From contig OY740814.1 in the NCBI GenBank assembly GCA_963514005.1, positions 15,872,001-15,936,000 of the forward strand: a DNA stretch of 64,000 nt, read 5' to 3'. The DNA is from Raja brachyura (Eukaryota). The notes under the pieces were generated by a model that worked only from the letters and a program-made list of their open reading frames with translations, made no database searches and was not told the origin of the DNA. Positions within the stretch are counted from its first letter, which is position 1; each line of letters opens with the position of its first letter. A program made the position numbers and the translations under genes. This document shows positions 52,491-64,000 of the stretch, one piece after another.

Positions 52491-52626
52491 TTCTTCTTTC
52501 ATGTGGCGTGCACAGCCTAAAGTTGTAGGACAACTTGTTCTATTTGATCTTCCGTTTGTGCACGTCAAGTTGATTGCATTAGTCGAAACAGGGTGGACCA
52601 CGTGAAGGTTGCAATCTTCCACCCCC
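52491..52626 (-). mobile_element. Short non-autonomous retroposon headed by an HDV-like ribozyme, with (AAG)n tail
   Basis: 11-bp direct repeat agcacaaacac at 52480-52490 and 52627-52637; tail GAAAGAAGAA; no tRNA A/B boxes seen. Confidence 0.8.
52572..52625 (-). ncRNA. HDV/CPEB3-like self-cleaving ribozyme (compact, 54 nt)
   Basis: GGGGTGG-AA-GATTGCA-ACC-TTCACGT-GGT-CCACCCT-GT-TTCGA-CTAA-TGCAATC: P1 with G1-U wobble, 7-bp P2, 3-bp P3, L3 UUCACGU, J4/2 CUAA. Confidence 0.85.
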
Positions 52627-53377
52627 AGCACAAACACCATAATGCATTACACTCATGGTAACAAAACTCTCTTTCCTTACTCCAAACACCATAAATTCTG
52701 AATAAAGTAATCTTTTCTAAAAATGCCTTTTAATAAGTTACCCACTATAATTGCAGTGAAATGCTGATTGATAATATTGCTCCAAGGTACCCTAGAGTAT
52801 TTTACTGCATTAAAGTAAGTTATTAAATTGCTAAACAATTTTAATCTTTGAAGAGGTTTGAGTATTAAAACCCATGAAATTGAAGCAATTTATTGGACAG
52901 TGTAAATTGAATGGAATTCATTGAGGAATCAAACACGTCATAGATAAAAAAGCTTTCGTACTAACACAATTATTGAAAAATAAATAAGTTTGTTGATGAA
53001 CCAGTGAGATTCGGTTAGTGTCTAGCAGGCTATGAAATATTGTGGTATATGCAGTTTCAATTTGCAATTTTACATGCAATTAACTCCTAAGAGCATCCAT
53101 GATAAGATCATAGTAACGATTGATTTTAAACAGGTGAGGAACCGTGAGGGCAGTGACTCAAAGGTGTTTTGATTCTCAGTGGCCATGGTACATGATACAT
53201 GGTGCAAAATGAGGTGTGGGAAGGCAAGTAGCTTTTTTAAGGACACAATCAGTATAAAACAAATATCTCACCATACATCATTTTTTATTCCCTGCATTTG
53301 AATGCAGTGATTAGGTATAAATGACTGCCTACTGTAATCTATTCAGTATAATCCATGGACTACTCAAAGCATCTCAC

Positions 53378-53533
53378 CTCCTGGCTGCATCAGAAGCTCC
53401 TGGATTTGTTTGTTAAGAAAAGTCAACGTAAGGTTCAGAAGTTGCTCAGAGAACTGCCTGCTCTGAGTTTCAGAGTCGTGTTCCTTGATTGCTGAACACA
53501 GCAAGTCCAAAGCTGGCTTAATTTCCTCAACAT
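53378..53533 (-). CDS. SPG11: Spatacsin exon 9 equivalent, 156 nt
   Basis: tgcag|AT...GAG|gtgag; VEEIKPALDLLCSAIKEHDSETQSRQFSEQLLNLTLTFLNKQIQELL. Confidence 0.92.
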
Positions 53534-53559
53534 CTGCAATAAGCAAAGACAAAATGTCT

Positions 53560-54430
53560 GAATAAAAACAGAAATTGCTGGATACAATCTGCACATCAGG
53601 CAGCATTCTGGAGGGAGGAACAGGTAAGGGAGGTTTTGGATAGGGAGATGGTTGGATAAAGGCCGGGGATGGAAAGACTAAAGGGGATGGGGGGAAGAAA
53701 TTATGAGGGAGGGGAAGAGGCAGGTTTGATATGACCTAAAATTGGAGAATTCAGTGTTCATACCGTTGAGTTGTATGTTACCTTACAAGGTGCGAGGTGC
53801 TGTTCCTCCAGTTTGCATGTGGCCTCACTCTGGCAATGGAGGAGACCCAGGAAAGAAAGGTCAGTGTGGGAATGGGAAGACGAGTTAGTGGTTTGCAACT
53901 GGGAGATCCAGTAGACCTTGGAAGACTGAGCGCGAGCATTTAGCGAAAGGGTCACCAAGTCGCTGCTTGGCATGCCGATAGAGGCCACATCAGGAACTCT
54001 GGATGCAGCAGATGTGGTTAGAGGACGTGTGTGTGAACCTCTGCCTCACCTGGAAGGACTGCTGTGGTCCCTGAATGGGTGCGAGGGAGGAGAGATAGGG
54101 ATAGATGTTACACCTGAGGAGGGGGTGATTTGGGTGGAAAAGGAATGAGTGTACCAAGGCGTTGCAGAGGGAGTGTTCTCTGCGGAAGGCAAAAAGGGGT
54201 GAAGTTAGGAAGATGTGACTGGTGGTGGGATCATGTTGAAGGTGGCAGAAATGTTGGAGAATGACGTGTTGGTGGCTGATGGGATAAAAGGTGAGGACCA
54301 GGGGAACCCTATCATTGTTCCATCTGGGGGGAGGGGCAGCGAGATCAGAAGTACGGGACCAGAGGAGACATGGGTGAGTGATCCATGTTCGACAGCAGGG
54401 TGGAAACCACGTTCTCTAAAGAAATAGAAC
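53560..54430 (-). mobile_element. Penelope-like element relic (GIY-YIG C-terminus and terminal repeat)
   Basis: SHSHTDLSFLGLLHCQSEATCKLEEQHL remnant; ends in gatgctgcctga/ccagca terminal-repeat motif. Confidence 0.78.
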
Positions 54431-54639
54431 ATTGCTTTGGGGGACTCCATTCAAATGAATGTGGCTGCTCTAGATATGCCATATACAACTTGCATAAAGC
54501 TGAGGGGCCAGATATGAAGTGCATCTTAACCTTTTACAATCAAAAATTACTGCTGGACTCTCTGCAGCACCATGTGACCCCCAGTGTGCTTAGCCTTTCC
54601 ACACCGAAGTGTGGACAAGGAAGGCCAGAACATGACACC

Positions 54640-54935
54640 ACACTGGCGGAGCTGGTAGAGCTGATGCCTCACAGCACCAGATACCCAGGTTCAATCCTGA
54701 CCACGGGTGCTGTCTGTGTGGAGTTTCACGTTTTCTCCGTGACCATGCTGGTTTTCTCCAAGTTCTCCGGTTTCCTTCCACATCCCAAATAGGTTAATTG
54801 GCCTTTGTAATTTACCACTAGTGTGTAGGGAGTGGATGGAAAAGTGAGATAACATAAAACTAATATGAACGGGTGATCAATGGCCGGAGTGGTCTTGATG
54901 GGCTGAAAGGCCTGTTTCCATGCTGTATCTTACAA
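54640..54935 (+). mobile_element. HE1-like V-SINE
   Basis: Head, V-domain and tail present. Confidence 0.82.
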
Positions 54936-55335
54936 CCCAAAACAAACTGATGCAGAGAATGCTGACATATGTCAGTTCCACATCAGTGTCACCATCTCAT
55001 GAAGTTTCATTCAAATTAAATTTTAGCAAATTTAATTAAATACATCTATCCTACAATTGGTAACAGATAAGAGAGTTGCCCTCTGGTGTATGTAATAATT
55101 CTGAAATTTGTTTCTGCAATTTAATGGAGCCAAATTTCAGTGTGCAACACGCCTAAATTACTCCTTCGTCTACACAATGGAGGCAGGCAGAATTAATTTC
55201 TATCCTCAAGTAATTAATGAGATCAGTACTTTTTAATGTAAATGGAATCATTAAAAAAAGCAGTGACGTATATTTGCAGTAAATATTCCATCAGCCACAC
55301 ATTGAAGAGATTGCATTTTACTCCAGGTGACTTAC

Positions 55336-55471
55336 TTTTTAATTGCGCCCATGAAGTGAGCGTGGCTTCAGAATTCTCCTGCTTTAAAAACGCCGCTGGA
55401 GCAGAAAAAATATTTTCTTTGCTCTTCAGGAAAAAGTCCACCGTGTCCAGCTGTCTGTTCTCAATTCCAGC
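55336..55471 (-). CDS. SPG11: Spatacsin exon 8 equivalent, 136 nt
   Basis: cctag|GCT...AAA|gtaagt; AGIENRQLDTVDFFLKSKENIF...WAQLK. Confidence 0.92.
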
Positions 55472-55819
55472 CTAGGATATTCAAGTGAAACAAATTATTT
55501 ATTTCCTTTTAGCAGGCAGTGAATCACCACTCATTAATCACACTGCGGCACCTACTCGACGAGCCTCTTGTGAAACAGGGTCACTGGGGGTTGTCATCTG
55601 ATTGACGATACCATCTACAAACCCTTGCCCCTCTCTCCCTGGCCATCAATTATGTAGCTCAATTTTATTGATATTGCTCACACTCCTCAAACTTCCACAT
55701 TAGGTACTTCTAACTTCAGGTCTGTCTTTGTACACACTGTGTTAAGAATAAAGCATGCCACTGTTTCATACTACGATTCTTTCTTGGCTATAACCTCCTT
55801 TTTTTTTTAAAAACAGATT

Positions 55820-56119
55820 TATAAAATACTGCATGGCAATATGCCCTTCAGCCCACACGGGCCATCGTTCACCCTTTCCCAGAACTATGATTTCCCACTT
55901 TCTCATCCACTCCCTACAAACTAGGGGTAATCTACAGAGGCCATTTAACCCACAAACCTGCACGTCTTTGGGATGTGGGAAGAAACCAACCACCCAGAGT
56001 AAACCCATGTGTTCACAGGGAGAAGATGCAAACTTCACAGAGACGGCGCCTGAGGTCAGGATCGAACCTGGGTCTCTGGAGCCGTGAGGCAGCAGCTCTA
56101 CCAGCCACGCCAATGTGCC
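55820..56119 (-). mobile_element. HE1-like V-SINE
   Basis: Head, V-domain and tail present. Confidence 0.8.
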
Positions 56120-57584
56120 ATCTCCTCCAACAGTCCAACTTTTATTTCTCTCTTTGTTTTATCTATTGATAAAAATGCCTTGTGTTTAGCACCGACCTCC
56201 TGCCATCAAATTTCCATTAATCCTATCAGTATCGTTTGGTCCCATTCAGCACCTCTATAAGCATCTGAACGGATGACTATTCTCCTGGCATTATCCCCAT
56301 TCCTGACCCCATCCAAGCTCTGTAATATTCTCCTCTGGGCTCATACTTCCTAAGAAAATTAATGATTTCATATATTTTACATTTTTATTAAAATAATAAA
56401 TGAACTGTGTATCTTAAAGTAAATTAAAACCAGCTCCCTGCCAATGCTTGAGAGTGCAGCCAGCTTCCCTGGGTCTTCATTACTTATGGGGCTCTACTGT
56501 AACTGCTGACATGGTTCATGATAACAGTATCAGGAAATAAAGTCCTTTAATTAATCATAGCTCATATATTGTTTCAGTACCGAGCTGGGAAACAATAAAA
56601 TGGCAGGGTAGACAGAAAATTCATGAAGGGTTACAACTTCTAATCTTATACAATCCTATCTCCAAAAAGTAAACATTCTCCTGAATGTTATCAGATCCCG
56701 CTGGGAAATGTCTGGGATTAACTATTCATTTTTCAAGCCTCCTTTAATCTTGTGGTGCACCTTAAAGACTAGTGAATTTGGCTCCTCTGGTGTAATTGTT
56801 CATGGCACCTCTCCCAAAACCTTCTGATCCCATCCTAGTTCCAGTTTAGAACAAAAAAAAAGCCTTTTCATCAAGCCTGTCCTAACATTTACACCATGAC
56901 TCAGGGTTCATTTATTTTTAAATGTTCTTTATTACTTCTTGTATGTCTAAGGAAATAGATAAAATACAAGTTGTTATTTAATAAAACTATACTGGTCTCA
57001 AAGGAAGTACATGGGGTGGTGGAAAACCAGGACAATTACACTAAAGTACAGGTACAATAAATATCTTGCTTGCAGCAGCACCAGACACACAAGGCACAAA
57101 TCATATATAAATTACATGTAAAACTATAAAGCAGTGAAAAGAAAAAGACTGCAAAAGAACAAAACAACACATGAGTGCATAAATACACGATTAGAAAACA
57201 AGACCATGATAGAGCAAGATTTTTTGGCGTTCCATTGGCAAGACTGGATTAGGGATCTGGAGGTCATCGATAGATGTAATGGTAGCACTGAGAAGAGCTC
57301 ATGATAGGAAGTTGGGGATCCTTGATGATAGATGCTGCCTTTTTGAGGCAGTGCCTCGTGTGGGTGCTTTCGATGGCAGGGAGGACTGTGCCTATCATGG
57401 ACCACGGCGAATCCATCGTTCTCTGCAAACTCCACACCAGACCATAATGAACCGGTTAGGTTATTTTCTCCAGTACATCTGTAGAAGTTTGTCAACAAAT
57501 TTGGTGACATGCCAAAACTCTTTAAACGTCACAGAAAGCAGAGAAGAGTGCAAAGCTATCACAATGTGAAAACCATATCATATA

Positions 57585-58740
57585 GCTGCTGGAGACACTC
57601 AGCAGATCAGGCAGCATGAGCGGAGAGAGAAACAGAGTTGCATTTCAGGTCAATGACCCTCAGTTCAGGTCAGAACTGAGAGAGAGAGAAAAGTTGCAGA
57701 GAGGTGAGGAAGGAATGGATAGGACAAAGGGCCAGGATCGTCTTGTTGATTGAATTCGAGCTGTAGATGAATTCTACAATATATTGTATAGATCAAAGCC
57801 AGAATATTGGCTGATACTGTAGTCTTTTACACTGCAAGAATTAAGTAATTACAAGCAACATTACAAGCAATAGTTGAGAGGAAAACAGTGAATGCTAGAA
57901 GCATTCAGCAGGCCAGTCTACATTATTGGAGAGACAGTGTCATTTTCTGGCTCAAGGACCCTTCGTCAAAATTAGAAAAGTTAGAAAACAAGTGTGCTTT
58001 AAATTGCTGAGGTGAGGATGAAGACAAAGGGTATAGACCAAAGTTGTCACAATAAATTGTAGTTGTAGAAAGAAGAAAAAAAAATTTAAATCAAAATGGT
58101 ACAGCATTATCTGAGAAGAGAGAGGGGATTGTTAAATGTCATCTTGAGTCCTGGGGCACCAATATGTCCAGACGCAAGATAAGATGTTGGTTCCTGAGTT
58201 TACATTGTCCATTGTTAGAGCAATGTAGGAGGCCTAAGATAGAGATTAGACTGGGAGTGGGGCAGAGTATCAAAATGATAAGTGACTGAAAGCTAAAGGT
58301 CACCCTTGCAGACTGAATGCAGCTGCTCTGCAAATCTGTTTGAAGACAACCAAACGCAATGACCTAATATTAGAAGTGTATGTGAATTGCTGCTTCACTT
58401 GGAAGGTCCCTGAATAATGGGAAGGGAAATGCTAAATGAGCAGACAGTGAATCACTGGTAGCTGCATGGGGAGGTGCTGTGGTTGGTGAAGTTGTAAGGG
58501 GATCGGTGACTTTGCAAGAATTCTATCGGCGGTGGCACAGGTTGTGAAGGATGATCCATTGAATGTGGAGGCTCCTAGGGTGGAAGGTGAGGACGAGGAT
58601 AGTCCTAATCTCGGTGGTGGCTGAGAGGAGTGGGGGTGAGAGCCATAATGCTGGAAATCGAGGAGCCAAAATTGAGGATTCTATAGGGGGAGGCCACAGG
58701 TAAGGAAAGACAACAGCACTTTAAAAAGTACTAGTGTGGA
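57585..58740 (-). mobile_element. Penelope-like element relic
   Basis: ISILGLLHCSNNGQCKLRNQHLILRL; tandem terminal-repeat remnants at about 57590 and 57895. Confidence 0.7.
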
Positions 58741-58779
58741 AAATCCCATATTTGACCAGAATAGGAGTAGACCAGAATG

Positions 58780-60250
58780 GAAAGGGCAGGGATAGGACAG
58801 GAAATATTAAATTTCTCTTACAAGCACAAATGCACAAAAACGACAGGATATGGATTTAAGGCAGGGTTGAGAGGGTTTAGAGGATATCTGTGGATTTGTT
58901 TCATCCAGATGGTGAACAGAAGCTGGAATGCACTACCTGAGAGGATGGTGAAGACCAAGACACTCATTATATTTAAACATCAGAGGAGAACTTGAATTAT
59001 CAAGGCACAGAAAGCCAGAGGCCAAGTACTGATAACAAAACACTGTAAAAATAATAGAATTGAGCAGAGTTAGCATGGATATATGAAAGGAAAGTTAATT
59101 TGACTAATCTACTGAACTTAGTTGAAGGATTTGACTGGTACAATAGGGAAGGAGGAAGCAGAGGTTTAGGTGCGTTTAGATTTTCAGGTGGCTATTGGAA
59201 AAGTCTAACATAGGACATTGATCAACAAGGCAGGGTATATAGAGCTAGAGTAATACACTGACAGAGTGAGAAACAGTCATTAAACAAAAAGTAAATAATG
59301 GGAATAAATTTGTCCTTTTCAGGCTATGACAACTGGCACCTCCGGCATAGATGCTGGCACCCCAGTTGTTGATAATGTACATCAACGATTTGCCTACGAG
59401 CACCAACGTCATATTTCCATATTTGCTGATGATACAGAACTAGGTAGGATTGCTAGGAGAGAGGAAAATGTAAAAATACTTTGTGGGGAAGTAGACAAAC
59501 TAAGTGACCAGACAGCAACGTAACAGATGTAAAATAACTTGGAAAAATGAGGTTATCCACTCTGGTGCCCAAAGATAATATTTTTAGTGATGAAACAATG
59601 GGCATTGATGGTGTTCAAAGGGATTTAGAATTGTACAAAAGGCAGTGAAAGCCAACATGCTGGAGCAGGCAAGTAGTCGGGAAGGTATATGGCAAGGTTT
59701 GTGTAGTCCAGTGAAGATACCCTACTGCAATTAAATAGAGCTTTGGTGAGATCACGCATGGAGATATTTATACAGATTTATACCTTCAGGACCTTATATA
59801 CGGGATATACCTTCATATAGAGGGTGCTGGGATGGTGGATTGTCTCTATGAGGAGAGATTACATTTCCTGGAATTAAGAAGATTGCGACAACTCAATGTA
59901 ATTTATTAAACGTTTACAATGTTCATCAGGACGGATGCAGGGATGATATTTCCCCTGACTGAAGAATCTAAAATCAGGAATCAGTCTCAGAATTACAAGT
60001 AGGCCAGTTGTAACACAGATTAGGACAAATTCCTTCATACAAAACCTAGTGAATCTTTGGAATACAGTAATCTGGAAGGTCAGATATTGAATTTATTCAG
60101 ATAAATCAGGTTTTCTGAATATTAAGGAAATCAAAGGTAATGGGGCAGGAAAATTATGCTGAGAAAAAAAGATTAACCATGATCTAGATGATAGCAGGGA
60201 AGACTTGGTGCCAAATGGCCTGCTTCTGTATCCTATGTATTATGACTTAA
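58780..60250 (+). mobile_element. Degenerate CR1 fragments
   Basis: SIFADDTELG, gagctttggtgagatcac, tgaatctttggaat remnants. Confidence 0.7.
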
Positions 60251-62544
60251 ACTAACCTTGCAAACAGTCAAATAAAACACATCTGTATTTTCAAAATGTC
60301 TCTTTCAAATGTAGGACCTTTATCTTTTGTCTTTTGTACTTTTTCTATCTCCCATGATATTGATTGGCTGCTGTGTTCTATATTAATGTTACACATAAAA
60401 GTCTTTGCTGATCACTGTTAGTCAATATTTTGTGACTTTGCTGGAATTTTGCAAGATGGACAAGCTGCTCATGTAGAAACAAGGAACTGCAAGTGCTGGT
60501 TTACAAAAACAGGCTGGAGAAGTGGGAAAGTGCTGGAGTAACTCAGCAGGTCATACAGCATAGAAAAAAAAGAAACAAAGTGCTGGGGCCTCTTTCCTTC
60601 TTTATGTAGAAATTATACTAATCACATTCCTCAATCTTACCTCTTTTTCTCCCTACGCACTCTATAGGTGCGGGAATTACAGCTGTTGAACGTCTACTAA
60701 TCTTTAAACAATGGGGATTATTAAGAGTTAGACAGAGGAGGTAGGCTTCCAAAATTCCACCATACATTCATTACTCTATTGGCAAGAACAAATGTTCCCG
60801 GACCAGACTCGGCAAGATTAATTTACCTATTAAAGCACTCGCGAATTTCAGGTACTTACGTTATTTGCACTGGGAATACAAAATTAAATTAAACAGTGTC
60901 AAGCGACATTAATATTTTATGTAAAAATGCTCTTCTTCAATATATTTTCCACCACCCCTCCAACCCCAACGCTGCACTGTTCCGGTTTAGTAGCTGCATG
61001 GCCCACCATGGGGACATTCCTGCAGCACTAAATCAGCCCAATATCAGAGAAGCTCACAATCTACAGTAAGCCAGGACAAGGAGATTATTGTTAACATTGA
61101 AAATATTTGTCCAAATATGTTCTGCAGAAATCTTTTCTTTTCCAGATGGTGCAGAAATCTAATAGTATAAGAAAGAAACTAGAAGCCATGGCTGCTAAGA
61201 CATTGTGAGTGTGCAGATATCATATTCCTTCCTGAAACTGGAGATTAAAGATCATAATAAACGGCTCAGCAGAGTGACTAAAGCCCCCCGCTGTTGTAAA
61301 GTAGATGAGTTCCTCCGAACATGGGAGAACTTTACCAAACCAAACACATTAATGTCACCATGCAGGTTAGATAAATATTTCCAAGGGGATTTATGACTTT
61401 GCTTTTTTTGGCTCAGTTACAACGTGTTCTACTGTTTCCAGACAATTTGATGTCAGTGAAAAATATTTTTTAAAAAAGACAATTAATAACCACAGCGCTA
61501 CACTTGTCAATTCCCAACTTGAAAAGTTGTGATCAACACAGAGAACTTTGAGAGGAAGGTATGCAATTAGTTTTGTGTAAAACCGTGTAATGGAAATAAA
61601 TCAGCACATCACTCAGCAAGTTTCATGAAAATCCAGTTAAAGAAATGTCATTTTAAAAAAAATTAAGCAGCGTTGGCAGATGTGGCAGTTAACAAAGTGC
61701 TCAGTTTTCATACCTAATTCTTTCAACATTCTTCAAGCAACAGCAACGGGAGCAATAATTATTTATTTCACTTTCAGAATGCGGGCATTACTAGCAAAGT
61801 AATAGCTGCCGAAGAGTATTAGCTGGTGAAGAGAGGGATTGTTGGCCCTTTCAGAGTCAACCACACTGTTGTGGCCAGACTGAAGGGCACTGATGAACCA
61901 GATGGGGGTTTTATGACGGTCTGGGAGTTTGCACTACTAATGACCACCTTTATAATAAAATCCAGCTTATTTATTAAATTCAAATTCCAGAGCCATAATG
62001 AAGTGATTACAATTCTCTTCTCTCGATTGTCAATCCAATGATCCTACCATATATATCATAAAGAAAACCAATTGTGATTTTGTTATAAATAAGGAAATCA
62101 TCAGACAAATTTCAAGTAAATTAGGAAGAGCAGTTGAGTTGTTCTTTACTCATTTACATTGTTGGGGCAAAATTATACTCAAAAGGAATTTTAAATCAGG
62201 GAAACTTATCAGGGAATCAGGAGCATCCATGGCAAGTAAAGAGATTCCAAATTTCCTTCAACTTCTGCACATTACAATATTGTGCATAAAACTGAACTCA
62301 TCCAAAACCTTCCTTCCTTTATCCTATTCTGTTACTCATCTTACTTTTCTTACAGATTCATATTTGCTCCTGGATTGGCAGTATTGCAATCTGGTAAATT
62401 TCTTCAGAGCACCATTTTGTTACTTTAATAGGTACTATAGTATATATACGCTATTATTGGATCGACGTGCACGTTTACCTAACATTTCCATTAAAATATT
62501 ACTGTCACATGCTTTTAAATTGGAAGCCTTCAGTCTCCCCTTAC

Positions 62545-62690
62545 CTCCAATGCATGAATGGGAATTGAGCATCGATTCCAATTATTGAGATGGCACAATG
62601 AGTCAACGATGCCTGCTTTCCCATAAATCATTAAACGATTCAAGAGGTCTTCTTGTGAGAAACCAAACACCACCATGGAAAGGCCAGCGT
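62545..62690 (-). CDS. SPG11: Spatacsin exon (human exon 7 equivalent), 146 nt
   Basis: tttag|AC...GAG|gtaag; encodes DAGLSMVVFGFSQEDLLNRLMIYGKAGIVDSLCHLNNWNRCSIPIHALE. Confidence 0.93.
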
Positions 62691-63394
62691 CTAAACAAAT
62701 TAGATTTGAAATACAAAAGTGAATGTTTCTATTAAAATGAATGAAGGCTTCGAAGCTTATTTTAGTCATTTTATGGCATTTTTGCTTCTCAAATGGAAAA
62801 CTTGGTAAACTTCCCAAATGACTAATTTGACACTGGGCGGTCTGCATCACAACTTTCGGAAAGGTACTGATTGATTTGCCATTAGTCTGGCAATACCGGA
62901 ACTCAGTTGGGAAGGCAACAGTTGGGGGTAGTTGACCTCAAGATCTAGGATATTGGTGCATAACAGCTATCCTGCTGTATGGTGCACTTTAGGCAAATAA
63001 CTGTCAAGATGCAGATATAAAAAATGACTACAGTTCATGTGAATTAATCACCCAGCACACCAAAAGGAGGGGGTAGGGAGGACAGAGTACAAGTGAGAGG
63101 CAGAACAGTTCATGAAGGTATAAGTTGAATGCAATCATTATTCTGTCAATTCCATTTAGGAACCATTCCTTTTGAAATTATGCAGCTCTCACTCATTGGC
63201 GTACTTGAGTGTTACCATAGCAGCTTTTAAACAATTGGGACTTTTGGGATTACAGGTCCTCCCTAGGTTACGGTGGAGTTCCATTCCTGAAGACTGACAT
63301 AACTAATAAGTTAGACCACAGCATTCAACTCGGATTTAAGCCAGATATCGCTGCAAACTGAGTTCACGCACACCAGAAGATGGCTGCAGCCCGC

Positions 63395-63655
63395 AACAGG
63401 GTAGTGGTAGATTTGCTGCCTTACACCGCCAGAGGCCCGAGTTCGATCCTGGCTACGGGTGCTGTCCGCATGGCAGTGTGGGTTTTCTCTGGGTGCTCCA
63501 GTTTCCCCCCACACTCCAAAGACATACAGGTTTGTAGGTTAATTGGCTTCTGTCTTAATTGTAAATTCTACTCTGCAAGACAGTGCTAATGTACGGGGTG
63601 ATCACTGGTCGGCACGGACTTAGTGGGCTGAAGGGCCTGTTTCCATGTGGTATTT
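63395..63655 (+). mobile_element. HE1-like V-SINE
   Basis: Head, V-domain and tail present. Confidence 0.8.
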
Positions 63656-64000
63656 TGAAAGTCAAGTAAAGCCACCAAATCCATCCCACCATGCTGCCAA
63701 ACACTTGGTTGTATGAATGGGTTGTACACAAGCCAGGTGTTCATAACCATAACTGTAAGAGAAAAGTGCTTGTAGTCTTAAACATTCCCACAATGTTCTG
63801 TAACCATGTACAAAAATATTTAAAGTTCTAGTTTAAAAATTCAAGATCTCGCATAAACCTAAAAAGTGTTAACTATACTGAATAATTAAACACGGGAAGA
63901 ATATTCCCAAACATCAAGGAACCCAGGTGCTGGGGTCATTTAAAGGATAAGAGCAAGACTGAGATAGGAGAAATTTCTTCTCCTAGTAAGTGGTGAATAT

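Noticed and set aside
60640-60900. Non-repetitive segment with splice-like motifs on both strands
   Set aside because: No ORF or homology recognisable; conservation cannot be judged from sequence alone.

Overview
Vertebrate genomic DNA, inferred to be elasmobranch (skate/ray-like) from HE1-type V-SINEs and CR1, Rex1, RTE and Penelope relics. The window covers the middle of SPG11 (spatacsin) on the minus strand. I traced 21 consecutive coding exons (62690 down to 4159) with GT-AG boundaries and a continuous reading frame. They correspond to human exons 7-27; that numbering is recalled from memory, not checked. The introns are rich in retroelements, and there is a 162-nt assembly gap. The strongest finding is a 136-bp TSD-flanked retroposon in intron 9 (52491-52626, sense to SPG11). 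Its 5' end is a complete, compact 54-nt HDV/CPEB3-like self-cleaving ribozyme fold, followed by a structured 3' half and an (AAG)n tail, suggesting a ribozyme-headed non-autonomous element. A second, abundant family of short Penelope-derived inserts carries minimal hammerhead cores and has 10-15 bp TSDs. Also notable: a CpG-island promoter at the left edge where SPG11 intron 27 should be, a MITE with perfect 70-bp inverted repeats beside the exon 27 donor, and a stop-free in-frame 102-nt intron. Repeat boundaries without TSDs are approximate.
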